Assembly: GCA_965214095.1 (NCBI GenBank)
Contig: OZ243938.1
Span: forward strand, 4,384,001 to 4,448,000
DNA: 64,000 nucleotides
Source: Candidatus Poribacteria bacterium
GTDB taxonomy: Bacteria; Poribacteria; WGA-4E; WGA-3G
Direction of reading: 5' to 3'
In this document: positions 18,195 through 28,424 of the stretch, piece after piece
Layout of the letters: the number at the start of each line of letters is the position of its first letter
Position numbering within the stretch: position 1 is the first letter of the stretch
Made by a program: the position numbers and the translations under genes
Notes under the pieces: generated by a model
The model's database searches: none
What the model was told of the DNA's origin: nothing
Seen by the model: only the letters and a program-made list of their open reading frames with translations

Positions 18195-19985
18195 GGTACT
18201 AGGCACATCAACACCTTCATCAAGACACTTCATTGCCACAAGTGCCTGAAGATGGCCTGACGCGAACATGTCCAGCAATTCTAGCCTTTCAGACGCGGGT
18301 TCCTTTGCAGTAAATTTGTTAACACGTAAATCTAAATTTGCTAGTAACGAAAGCACTAAGTCAATTTGTTTCGGTGCACAGTAAAAAAGTGTATGATGAA
18401 TCATGTCTGTCTTTTCAGTTAATAACTCTAATAAAATTGGCAACTTGTTTTCAGCGTTGTTTAGCAGCTTAGCACGTTTTCTCAACAAGTGCTTAAGTGG
18501 TTCATTTGGCTCATCAGGTCTTTTCCTATAAAATTGCTTGGAAATTTCTTCAGTGAGTTTTTCATATTTTTCAAGCTCTGCCTCAGTTAATTTGACCAAG
18601 TGAGGATGATATTCATATTGACATAAGAAGCCTTTTTCAATTGCTTTATCAAGGGGAAAAGAAAAAACAACTTCGCCAAAATACTCTTTTAAAGCATCTG
18701 TGCCTTCATCATCAAACCATCTTTCTAAAGTCGCAGTCAAACCTAAACGGCAATCAAAAACGTCTAACAACTTTTTTCGGCTACTAACTGCTCCAAGGTG
18801 GTGTACCTCGTCTGCAATCAAAACAGCACCTTGTGTTTTTTTAGAAAACAATTTCTGCATAATTTCGCTAGTAAAGGTTTTCGCAGTCGTAATGACACAT
18901 ACAACATTGCGATTGTGCCAATTGTACTGGACTGATGCCTTATTAAACAGTTCAACCCATGAAGCAGAACTTTTATAAGCCAAGATCGGTTCAAATTGAA
19001 ATTTTACAACTTCCTTATGCCATTGGTCAACGAGGTGCTGAAATGGACACACAATTAAGACAAACAGCCGTTTCTTTTCTTCTCTAAGTTTTGAAAGAGC
19101 AGATAGAGCCGTGAATGTCTTACCAGTTCCAGTTGCCATTTCAAAGATGCCACGACATCCATTATTAAACCATGCATCAATTGCTTGAGTCTGATAATCT
19201 CTTAATTTTATACTGTTTGGTAAATAAGAAGCGTTCTCTTCAATAATCTCCTGAGTTTCCTCTGTAGTATTCTGCTCAGTTTCATAGACAGTTTGATAGA
19301 CCAATATATCTCTTCTAACGGCAGTTGGAAAATCTATTATATCTAATTTATCTGTTGTATTATTCCACAATCGTTTAAAGTTGTCAATTTTTTGTTGAAC
19401 ACGTTCTTGTGCATCATTCCATGACCAATGCACATCAATAGACTCGAAATTATTTATTAATCCACCAACAGTTTCATTTGAAGAACCAGTAAATGCTACG
19501 GCATAGTTATCGTCATCTATAAATACACCGATTTTTTCGTGATATATTCCTCGGGGATAAGTGTCGTCTAAGTCGGAGGGTAGTGCGATTCTGATATCTA
19601 AATATTCATGTGCAATTAGCCAAGTGAGTAACTTCAATCTATCGTCAGAGACATCACAAAATTCATATTCAGAAGTGGTAGTTACTTTCTTTTTCCTCTC
19701 TTCATAGCCTTTTTTGATAGCCTCAATGTCATCCGCCATTAATTTAGGACCTGTTACTAAACTAATATGTCCTCCATTTTGGATAAATGTGGGTAATCCT
19801 TTGACATTTTGCTGGAGACCATTACTAGTAAAGTATGCCACCGCGCGACAATATCGCGTGGCATTTTTTAGACACGGAGTATAGAAATCCTTAATAAGTT
19901 CTGACTTATCGGAACGGTATTCGTGTTTGAGGGAAAGTTCTCTAAGTGACATATGTTTACAATCAGTTCTTTAGTAATTGCCATA

Positions 19986-20014
19986 ACTTTAGCAAAATAC
20001 ACAAAAAATGTCAA
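19986..20014 (-). promoter_or_regulatory. sigma70 promoter of the pbe operon
   Basis: On the minus strand TTGACA (20014-20009), 17 nt, TG-c-TAAAGT (19991-19986), about 35 nt upstream of the pbeA ATG. Confidence 0.65.
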
Positions 20015-20041
20015 GATTTTATTAATTTTTTAGGCACAATT

Positions 20042-22585
20042 CTACTTCCGCAACAACATCCGCCGCGTTGCACGAAAATCACCCGCAGAAAAGACATAAA
20101 AATACACACCACTCGCAACATACTCACCACGATCATTCTTTCCATCCCAATAAGCAGCACTATCCCTACCAAAGTATGTTCCGGCAGACCGATGTCCCAA
20201 AACTAACTTGCGGACAACATTGCCACGGACATCATAAATCGTTATATTCACATCAGCATCTGACGCTAACTGATACGGAATCCACGTCTCAGGATTGAAT
20301 GGATTTGGATAGTTCACCAACAACTGGGTCTCTGATGGTATCAACACAGCAAGAAGTTGTTCAAGTATCGTTATACCCTTGCTAATTACTTCATCTCTTA
20401 CAGGTAGACCTTTCGCCTGATTAATCCAATGTTGGACATCAATTGGGTTGAGATCTGAATTGTGGGACGAGGACGTTGGTGAAGCTGAATCACCATTATT
20501 CAACTCATTCACAACCAAAAGCAAATCAATAATATCAACAACACCGTCCCGATTCACATCAGGATTCGGAATGGCGTTACCGATAACGGTTTCCCCAAAG
20601 TTTGCAGCAACAAGCACAAGATCAAAATTATCTACCGTGCCATCGCCGTTCACATCAGACCGGTTGACTACGGACGACGGTTCTCCTGCCTTTAACACAT
20701 AGTCTTGTTGTGTGATATTCCCATAGACATCAATAACTTGTAAGACAATAGTGTTGAGTGGATATGACGTTAACGATGTGATGTCAAATTCTACAGCAGC
20801 ACTTTGAGTATCTATACGTTGACAACTATGTAATTTTATACCAGTCGCAGGATCATCACCGGTTGTAGGCACAAGCAGCTGCACCTGATGAATACCATCA
20901 AGATCAGTAATCTGAAATATAATTGAAAAATCAGACGCATTTGGGGGATACGTATCAGAAGTGAGAATATGCATTGATGTCAAGTTGTTGAAAGTGATGT
21001 TTTCTTGATTGAAAAATCGACTAACACTCAACCATTCTGTAGCACAATATGAAAACTGATAAGGATTAGTACCATAAGACATGATGTAACTATCGTCTCG
21101 AAAATCGTGGTCTAAACCGAAAGCGTGTCCAAGTTCATGTGCAGTAACGATGGTGCCGACTTCCTCATCAAAACAATCACCGGATGCAGGAATAACAGCA
21201 TATCCCCCATTAGATTTCACTGCATGCTCTAATCCACGCCACAGACTGCCACCAACACCACACACATGTTCTTCTTCAATTGCCTGACTGCTTACCTCCG
21301 CTACGATAAAATAGACATGTTTTTCCAGATCAAACTGCTTAGAAACTTCATCCAGTATTTTGTTAGTTGTATCTGTATGATAGTAGAAATCAATGAAGTT
21401 TCCATCAACGCGATATATGATCGTTTGGTCATATTCATCCTTTTCAAAATCAAATGTCTTTCTACCAAATCCGTTGAATTCCATTTGGTCAGCGTACAAT
21501 GTTTGAACACCTTTGATGAGACTATCCAGTTTCATCCACATATTTGTTTGTGCAGTGCGGTCACTTGGAATGAAATAGATAATGCGCACCATTTCGGACG
21601 ACACAGTATGAAAAGATGTAATATCCCAGAGTCGTAAAGTGCCATCGCTGCCACCGCTCGTAAGGTGTGTTCCATCAGGTGAAAAATCTGCTGTAAATAC
21701 CCAACCATCGTGTCCATTTAACGTGGTTAATTGTTCTCCAGTGCGTGTTGTCCACAGGTTTACTACTTCATAATCCGTGCTTGCCAAAATGCTACTATCA
21801 GGTGAAAAACTCAGTCCTGTGACTGTCGCTGAGGTAGGTAATGTACCTATGAGTGACCAACTCAGTAGATTCCACAACTTCACACTTCCATTTAAACCGC
21901 CACTTGCAAGGAATTGGTTGTCAGGAGAAAACTTCAATGCAGAAATAGAATCTGCATCCCCTCTAAATTGAACTATATCTTGTTGTGTTTGAAGATTCCT
22001 TACACTAATCTGTCCATCGGTATCTCCATAAGCAAGATATTTACCATCAGATGAATATGCAACAGCAAAAATCCAATCACGATGTCTAATTGTCATTATC
22101 TCTCTGAGTGTGTGAATATCCCAAATCTTGAGGTGTAGTCCTGCTGAAACTATCTTCTGTCCATCTGGAGAAAAGGCAACGGCTTTGATTTGTGATCGGT
22201 ATCGGTCTGTAATATGTGAGAGCGTGGCAAGATGTCTTTTACCAGAGACATCCCATAATTTCATGGTATAGTCATCACTTCCGCTAACCAGATACTTGCC
22301 ATCTGGTGAAAAAGCAATAGAATTAACTATATCTCGATGACTTCCTAATGTTGTAGATCCATCTTGTTCCAAATCCCATAATTTGATGGTGTGATCTCCA
22401 CCTGCACTCGCGATAAGTGACGAATTGATAGGAGAATATGCAACAGAATATACATTACCACCGTGGGTTAATGTCGTGTGTTCTTGCGCAATGATAGTAA
22501 GTGGAAATATTAAGAAGATTAGAAGGACGAGAAGATATTTTTTGTAATGCATGGCTGTATAATATTCAATATAGACTATCATCAT
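20042..22585 (-). CDS. secreted WD40 + zinc metallopeptidase + dockerin-like + FlgD/T9SS-like C-terminal domain protein
   Basis: Signal peptide, about 7 WD40 repeats, AHELGHAFGLDH with Met-turn IMSY, two DVNxDGxVD EF-hand-like motifs, NYPNPFNPETWIPYQL...WDGKN..GE.VASGVYFY. Confidence 0.88.
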   Translation of the reverse strand: MMIVYIEYYTAMHYKKYLLVLLIFLIFPLTIIAQEHTTLTHGGNVYSVAYSPINSSLIASAGGDHTIKLWDLEQDGSTTLGSHRDIVNSIAFSPDGKYLVSGSDDYTMKLWDVSGKRHLATLSHITDRYRSQIKAVAFSPDGQKIVSAGLHLKIWDIHTLREIMTIRHRDWIFAVAYSSDGKYLAYGDTDGQISVRNLQTQQDIVQFRGDADSISALKFSPDNQFLASGGLNGSVKLWNLLSWSLIGTLPTSATVTGLSFSPDSSILASTDYEVVNLWTTRTGEQLTTLNGHDGWVFTADFSPDGTHLTSGGSDGTLRLWDITSFHTVSSEMVRIIYFIPSDRTAQTNMWMKLDSLIKGVQTLYADQMEFNGFGRKTFDFEKDEYDQTIIYRVDGNFIDFYYHTDTTNKILDEVSKQFDLEKHVYFIVAEVSSQAIEEEHVCGVGGSLWRGLEHAVKSNGGYAVIPASGDCFDEEVGTIVTAHELGHAFGLDHDFRDDSYIMSYGTNPYQFSYCATEWLSVSRFFNQENITFNNLTSMHILTSDTYPPNASDFSIIFQITDLDGIHQVQLLVPTTGDDPATGIKLHSCQRIDTQSAAVEFDITSLTSYPLNTIVLQVIDVYGNITQQDYVLKAGEPSSVVNRSDVNGDGTVDNFDLVLVAANFGETVIGNAIPNPDVNRDGVVDIIDLLLVVNELNNGDSASPTSSSHNSDLNPIDVQHWINQAKGLPVRDEVISKGITILEQLLAVLIPSETQLLVNYPNPFNPETWIPYQLASDADVNITIYDVRGNVVRKLVLGHRSAGTYFGRDSAAYWDGKNDRGEYVASGVYFYVFSAGDFRATRRMLLRK

Positions 22586-22638
22586 TTATGACAACGGTCA
22601 GTATAACCTCAAACAGATACAATGAATTATAACATAGA

Positions 22639-23709
22639 CTATTGATAACGTGCCTTATCTTCTGCAACAATAATATCTTCACCTATTGAGACACCTAATT
22701 TTTCTGCCCCTTCATGAAGTTGATTATAGATTGTATCTGGTATCTCAATTCCATTCTCAAGCCGTTCTGAACGGTAACGTGATTCATAATCTCCAGGTAC
22801 TAACACTTCATCAAAACCAGCAGCGGGTGGTGTTGATTTTATGACATCCAAGAACGCACGAACACCTTTCTGATAGTCTGCGAGAGGCGTAAAGGCACTA
22901 ACATCAATTGCCTGCATATAGATTCCACCCATGTCGCCAGTATCGGCATTGAATGTTCCTGCCAATCCGCCAAGAAGGCATGTGAACATAGCGAGGGCAT
23001 ATCCTTTATGTCTACCGAAGGCTAAGAGAGCACCACCATCATAGAAATCAGCAGGCTTTACACTCGGCTGACCGTGTTTATCTAATATGCATCCTTCTGG
23101 TAAATCAGCATCCTTACTCCGTGCCACCTGAATTTTCCCTTCAGCAATTACACTTGTCGCATAGTCCACAATAAACGGTGTTCCATCACCTGTTGGCACA
23201 CCGATAGCAATTGGATTGGTACTGAATGTTCCCTCTGCCCCACCAAAAGGCACAGTCGGTCCTGCCCCTTTACCACCTTTGCCAACTGTAATAAGTCCTA
23301 TACAACCCGATGCAGCAGCGTCTTCAGCATATTCCCCTAAACGACCAATATGTCCTGTATTGAAGATACTCACACTGCATACAGCAGAAGTCTTTGCCTT
23401 TTCAATTGCTTTCTGCATTGCTACACGTGAAACGTAGTGTCCAAAACATTTATTTCCATCATATCGCAAGGTGTTCGCTGTTTCAGCAACAATTTCCGGT
23501 TCAGCAGAAGGAATTATCTGTTCAGCCTCAATTGCTCTCAGGTATGCGGGGATGCGAAGAACGCCGTGAGAGTCATGACCTGCCAAATGTGCATTTATGA
23601 GTATCTCTGAAACATCATTCGCAATATGCTCTGATGTCCCAGCGGCAACAAAGATTGTGCGTGAAATCGCGTGAAGGTGTGGCGCATAAAGTAGATGTGT
23701 CTTTTCCAT
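22639..23709 (-). CDS. Ldh_2 family oxidoreductase (malate/lactate/ureidoglycolate dehydrogenase type)
   Basis: GHDSHG, HIGRLG, TNPIA, HKGYALA, VLVPG. Confidence 0.92.
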   Translation of the reverse strand: MEKTHLLYAPHLHAISRTIFVAAGTSEHIANDVSEILINAHLAGHDSHGVLRIPAYLRAIEAEQIIPSAEPEIVAETANTLRYDGNKCFGHYVSRVAMQKAIEKAKTSAVCSVSIFNTGHIGRLGEYAEDAAASGCIGLITVGKGGKGAGPTVPFGGAEGTFSTNPIAIGVPTGDGTPFIVDYATSVIAEGKIQVARSKDADLPEGCILDKHGQPSVKPADFYDGGALLAFGRHKGYALAMFTCLLGGLAGTFNADTGDMGGIYMQAIDVSAFTPLADYQKGVRAFLDVIKSTPPAAGFDEVLVPGDYESRYRSERLENGIEIPDTIYNQLHEGAEKLGVSIGEDIIVAEDKARYQ

Positions 23710-23862
23710 ATATCCATCCTCTCATGTATTATTTCTATATGTAATCTAAAATCTGTGTATATTCTATCCTATCTATCTTTTTTGTCAATTAAAACATGAT
23801 GATTGAAAATTCAACATGTAACTGCTATACTAAGCAAATCAAAGACTTTTTGGAGGACAGAT

Positions 23863-24951
23863 ATGAAACAAGTAACGATATATCGTGAACCGGGACGTTT
23901 TGCAGGGTGGCCAGCAAACTATGGGATATGGTCATGGGATAACGAAATCGTGGTTGGGTTTACTGTTGGATACCACAAATCCGATGCTGGATTCCACAAA
24001 CGCGACAAAGACAAACCTTTTACTGCAATGCAAGCACGTAGCACAGACGGTGGAGAAACTTGGACTGTATCAGAGACACCTTGTCGTCTCCCAGGTGCAG
24101 GCACGCTCTCAGCAAATGAACATGTTCAGGACAAACATAAAAATCAAAAGGACTCCAGCTATAGCACACCGCAAAGTGTTGATTTTACACATCCCGATTT
24201 TGCAATGATGTGTAGTAGGTCAGGTCTCAAAGCAGGGGCATATTCGTGGTTTTATACTTCTACTAATCGGTGTCATAGTTGGGAGGGACCTTATCAACTA
24301 CCGATGTTCGGTTACACTGGAATCGCTGCGCGCACTGATTATATGGTCTCTGATTCAGATGAATGTCTACTCTTCTTAACAGCCTCTAAATCGGATGGTG
24401 CGGAAGGTCTGATATTCTGTGCGCGCTCAACTGATGGTGGAAAATCCTTCTCATTGCTATCTCAAATTGGACCCGAACCTGATGGATTTGCCATCATGCC
24501 AGCGAGTGTTCGTCTATCTGACACACGAATTTTGGTTGCCGTTCGGTGTCGTGGGAAAAGCAGACAGTCTAATAGAGATTGGGAAAAACTAAGTAATTGG
24601 ATTGACCTTTATGCTTCAGATGATAACGGACAGACATGGGACTATATGAACCAACCTGTTGATAACACGGGGCGTGGTGGGAATCCGCCGACATTAACAC
24701 ATCTATTAGACGGCAGATTATGTCTAATCTACGGATACCGAGATGCACCGCATCGTATCTGTGCAAAGTTGAGCGATGATGAAGGAAAAACGTGGGGAGA
24801 AGAGATCGTTTTACGAGATAATGGCGGGGATCCCGATATCGGCTATCCTCGTACTGTCCAACGTCCCGACGGTGTCATTGTAACAGTCTACTATTTTGAT
24901 GAAGAACCCGATGGAGAACGATATATTGAAGCGACACTGTGGAAACCGTAA
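23863..24951 (+). CDS. BNR/Asp-box sialidase-family protein
   Basis: Repeated S.DGG.TW Asp-boxes (STDGGETW, STDGGKSF, SDDNGQTW, SDDEGKTW), DIGYP; start re-called after the GGAGG RBS. Confidence 0.85.
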   Translation: MKQVTIYREPGRFAGWPANYGIWSWDNEIVVGFTVGYHKSDAGFHKRDKDKPFTAMQARSTDGGETWTVSETPCRLPGAGTLSANEHVQDKHKNQKDSSYSTPQSVDFTHPDFAMMCSRSGLKAGAYSWFYTSTNRCHSWEGPYQLPMFGYTGIAARTDYMVSDSDECLLFLTASKSDGAEGLIFCARSTDGGKSFSLLSQIGPEPDGFAIMPASVRLSDTRILVAVRCRGKSRQSNRDWEKLSNWIDLYASDDNGQTWDYMNQPVDNTGRGGNPPTLTHLLDGRLCLIYGYRDAPHRICAKLSDDEGKTWGEEIVLRDNGGDPDIGYPRTVQRPDGVIVTVYYFDEEPDGERYIEATLWKP

Positions 24952-24952
24952 A

Positions 24953-25726
24953 TTACATCCTGGACATTCGCCACACCAAAACGGGGAATATCATTAGGCA
25001 AAGCACACAATACAATCCTGCATTCCACATCCACAAATTCCCTACTTCAGATTGTCCGATTGATAATAGCGCAGCCAACGGACTTAATATTTCAAACATA
25101 GGTATATCAGTAAACGGTGATATTGGCAAGAGTGGCAAGAAAGTTGTGATTAGTACAATCCCATAACTAATGCCTTTTGCATTGAGCGGGGATAACCATA
25201 ACGCAAATCCTATTCCAATCAGAGCATACAACAGGCAACTTGCAAATATCACTACGCTGCTTTGCAGATACTGTCCTATTGACACGCCTCCCAAAAAGCC
25301 TGATAGTGCAAACAGCGGAATTGTGAACCATATCACCCAGAATGACCATACGACAACCGCAGTAATCTTACCACCTAATATCTTCCAATTTCCTAACGGG
25401 GTTAATCTCAAGAATGTCCAATTGCTGTCGTCTCTCTGTAGATTCTCTTTGAAATTGTTACCTGTATGTTCTAAACGTATCGCATCCACTGCATGTCTTG
25501 GTACCACAAATTGTGCGAAGAATATACACAGAATGAATATAATATACGTTTGTTTGCCAACATCAATCAAAATGCCATTCTTATTTGTATCAATTCCTTG
25601 TGCATAAAACTCCATCGTTCCGATAAATAGCACAAGAATTAGAACGGATATAACAACAAACTGAACAATCAAATATTTACGAGAATTGGTATATATACGA
25701 AGATCTTTTAGTATTATGGCTAACAT
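24953..25726 (-). CDS. ABC-2-type permease-like membrane protein
   Basis: About 6 TM segments, I..KDLR at the N-terminus, L.LTPL....ILGGK motif. Confidence 0.75.
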   Translation of the reverse strand: MLAIILKDLRIYTNSRKYLIVQFVVISVLILVLFIGTMEFYAQGIDTNKNGILIDVGKQTYIIFILCIFFAQFVVPRHAVDAIRLEHTGNNFKENLQRDDSNWTFLRLTPLGNWKILGGKITAVVVWSFWVIWFTIPLFALSGFLGGVSIGQYLQSSVVIFASCLLYALIGIGFALWLSPLNAKGISYGIVLITTFLPLLPISPFTDIPMFEILSPLAALLSIGQSEVGNLWMWNAGLYCVLCLMIFPVLVWRMSRM

Positions 25727-25782
25727 ATTTATATCTATCTATATCCAAATTTCATTGACGTATAACAACATTGATGTTATTT

Positions 25783-25919
25783 TATAGTAAAAACCGTAAT
25801 TATTTACACACTACGGTAGGTTCGGTTTCCTAACCGAACCGGTGTTGTTCAGTCTCATAGATGCGGTTAGGAAACCGCATCTACCGGGGAGTGTGCATGT
25901 GTTTTTACATTACACTATA
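25783..25919. mobile_element. MITE-like element (TATAGT...ACTATA) with a convergent pair of GTAG hairpins
   Basis: GTAGGTTCGGTT-tcct-AACCGAACC (25816-25840) and inverted GTAGATGCGGTT-tcct-AACCGCATC (ending 25884); near-identical inverted copy at 37539-37634. Confidence 0.8.
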
Positions 25920-25962
25920 ACACACAGAAATTGGATAGAACGCACAATAAAGGAGTTATTCT

Positions 25963-27153
25963 ATGTCAAAACTTAATATTGCACTCATCGGTGCTGGCAG
26001 ACGTGGTGGTGGTTCTCACCTACCTGTCATTGCAAAACTCAAAGATGTCTACAATTTGGTTGCAATTTGCGACATTGAAGAAGAAACCGCAACACGATAT
26101 GCAGAACAATACGGTGCCAATCCTTATACTAACGTCCGAGATTTAGTCACACAGGAAGACCTTGATGTCGTTGACATAACGGTGCCAGGTGTTGCACACC
26201 ATTCCATTGCTTGTTTTATGGCAGATGCAGGTGTCCATATCTTGTGCGAAACCCCGATTGCGGTTACACTCCCAACATCAGATATGATGATTGAAAGTGC
26301 AAAAGCAAATAATGTAAAACTTGAGGTAGCAGAAAACTACTACCGCGCCCCGCGCGAACGATTTCTATCCAAAGTCATTGAAGCAGATGTGATTGGTGAA
26401 GTAGCACGTATATACCGAATTTTTCATGAAGGTGGTTGTCATGGGATGAGTATGCTGCGCCTGCGTGCTGGCGGTAAACCAAAATCTGCTCTCGGTGTTA
26501 CTCAATCAACTCCCATTATCCCTATAATTGATAGAATGAAACGTGACCACAGCAGTGAAAGATGGAGTCTCGGGTTTATTGAATTTGATAATAACGCAAC
26601 TGCTCTGATGGTCTACTCCAATGTCATCCATGCACGTTCACTTGGTCGCGGACAATCAGGTATCTCTCAGATTGATGGTAGTAAAGGAACAATCGTTGGA
26701 GACGAAATCTATGTCACACCTGCTGCTGACCTGCAATCTGGGGCAAAGGGTATTGCACATAGAGCCAAACGCACAACTATTGACGTTGATGGCGTTGATG
26801 TCATTGAAAAGATCGAGCTTGAATTACCAGAACAGACGGTGACATGGGAAAACCCTCTCAAGCACTACCCTCTTTCTGAAGGACAAATCGCTGTTGCTGA
26901 TGAACTCCTTAGTATTGCGAATGCTGTCAACAATGATACCGATCCTGAATACGGAGCAGCACTTGCAAGACAAGACCAAGAGATGAACATTGCGATGAAT
27001 GAATCTGGCAAACGCAGCCGTGAGACTTTACTGTTCCCATTGACTGAGTTAACCGAAACGGAACGTGGTACTAATGACAATTATCAGAAACAGTATGGAC
27101 ATCCTATAGAAGACGTTGAAGCTGGGATTGATACCTTCTTTCCGCGTCGCTGA
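25963..27153 (+). CDS. Gfo/Idh/MocA family oxidoreductase
   Basis: IALIGAG, VAICD, GVHILCETP, VAENY. Confidence 0.9.
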   Translation: MSKLNIALIGAGRRGGGSHLPVIAKLKDVYNLVAICDIEEETATRYAEQYGANPYTNVRDLVTQEDLDVVDITVPGVAHHSIACFMADAGVHILCETPIAVTLPTSDMMIESAKANNVKLEVAENYYRAPRERFLSKVIEADVIGEVARIYRIFHEGGCHGMSMLRLRAGGKPKSALGVTQSTPIIPIIDRMKRDHSSERWSLGFIEFDNNATALMVYSNVIHARSLGRGQSGISQIDGSKGTIVGDEIYVTPAADLQSGAKGIAHRAKRTTIDVDGVDVIEKIELELPEQTVTWENPLKHYPLSEGQIAVADELLSIANAVNNDTDPEYGAALARQDQEMNIAMNESGKRSRETLLFPLTELTETERGTNDNYQKQYGHPIEDVEAGIDTFFPRR

Positions 27154-27198
27154 TATAGAAAAACATACATATTTCAATTTAGCTTAGAGTTCAGACCC

Positions 27199-28272
27199 TC
27201 AACGACTCAATGGGTGTTCCCGATTAACAATCGGAAATTGCACGCGTTGTCCTGTGAGTTGAGATTCGTAAGCACCTAAGATCATCTCCAATGCTGCGAC
27301 TGCATCCTCTGCAGCGGAAATCGGTTTGCGATCATTCTCTATTGCATCAATCAGATCCAGTATAGCGAGTTCGTTTCCTTTGGAGAATGGGGTATCATCC
27401 AGATCAATCGCTTCCCATGCCTGATCAGGATTTGAAGGCACTAAAACTGGATACGGATAAACCATCAGTCTGTTTGCAACATCTCCACGAAGAGAAAAAA
27501 TACCGTCGCTACCTACAATCTCCATACCGTATCTGCCTGAACCGGCTTGGTCTTTACGTGACTGGAAGAAACCTGTGACACCACTCTTGAAAGCAAAGTA
27601 ACTATTTATACAATCCCCTGCTACCGGTCCGACAGGTTCAGTGGGTTCATGATGACCACCAGAAACTACCTCTTGACCATCTTTCAAGACGTGTGCCTGC
27701 ATCCAATCAACATCTCCTACATAGAAACGCATCATATTGAACAAGTGTGTGCCAAGGACAATCATATCCTCTCCACCCCCACGTCTGTCCTGTTTTCCAC
27801 TGGCATAAATTGCTTGCACAGTGCCAATTTTACCTTCATGGAGCAACTGCCTGATTGTATGTGTTGCAGGTAGATAAACCGCTTGATGCGCAACCGCAAC
27901 CTTTCCTCCGTTTGTCTTTGCACTCTCAACGATCTTATCACCCTCTTCAAGCGATCCTGTCATCGGCTTTTCGCTGTAGACGCTGCATCCAGCTTCAAGA
28001 CATGCAGTTACCATATCAACGTGCTCAGTCACCCATCGCGGACCGACACTTACAATGTCTAAATCCTCTTTTTCTAACATGTCACGATAATCAGTGTAGC
28101 TGCGTAGCGCACCAGATTCTTCAACTGCTTTTTTTCTTCCTGCTTCATCTAGGTCAGAGATAGCGATAAATTCAACATTATCTATGTTATTATATGCTGT
28201 ATGCAGTCCGTGTCCGAAGTTGCCTGCTCCAGTATGTCCGATAGCTGCAGCACGATAGATCTTTTCACTCAT
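27199..28272 (-). CDS. Gfo/Idh/MocA family oxidoreductase
   Basis: AAAIGHTGAGNFGHG, VYSEKPM, GTHLFN. Confidence 0.9.
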   Translation of the reverse strand: MSEKIYRAAAIGHTGAGNFGHGLHTAYNNIDNVEFIAISDLDEAGRKKAVEESGALRSYTDYRDMLEKEDLDIVSVGPRWVTEHVDMVTACLEAGCSVYSEKPMTGSLEEGDKIVESAKTNGGKVAVAHQAVYLPATHTIRQLLHEGKIGTVQAIYASGKQDRRGGGEDMIVLGTHLFNMMRFYVGDVDWMQAHVLKDGQEVVSGGHHEPTEPVGPVAGDCINSYFAFKSGVTGFFQSRKDQAGSGRYGMEIVGSDGIFSLRGDVANRLMVYPYPVLVPSNPDQAWEAIDLDDTPFSKGNELAILDLIDAIENDRKPISAAEDAVAALEMILGAYESQLTGQRVQFPIVNREHPLSR

Positions 28273-28302
28273 AATAAATGTCCTCTCTAATAAGTTGTTC
28301 TA

Positions 28303-28416
28303 ATACCATTTCTAATAGAAAACGCCGCATTTTTGTAGCACAAACTGCCAGTTTGTGCAGTCCTTCAAGACATTCTTAACAAATGTTAATGGGATAAACA
28401 TTTATAGAAATGATAT
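28303..28416. mobile_element. MITE-like element (ATACC-type ends) with a GTAG hairpin
   Basis: Left end ataccatttctaata equals the reverse complement of 146-160; right end tttatagaaatgatat is degenerate; GTA-GCACAAACT-gcc-AGTTTGTGC at 28335-28358. Confidence 0.65.
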
Positions 28417-28424
28417 AACTTTCA

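Larger units (their letters stand above)
16384..19952 (-). pseudogene. pbeA: PbeA-like PLD-nuclease + SF2 helicase, interrupted by an IS
   Basis: YHEKIG...FTGSSNET (HxK/GSxN), MATGTGKT, ADEVH, CLDEGVDVPST | QTAYILASSSNPKEFIQRRGRILR; removing the IS and one 20-bp repeat gives a 686-aa frame (586+100). Confidence 0.88.

Noticed and set aside
18144-19952. 602-aa ORF as an intact helicase
   Set aside because: The last 16 residues (HRRQFKDAPRPISVNF) are read from the IS end; motif VI lies on the other side of the IS
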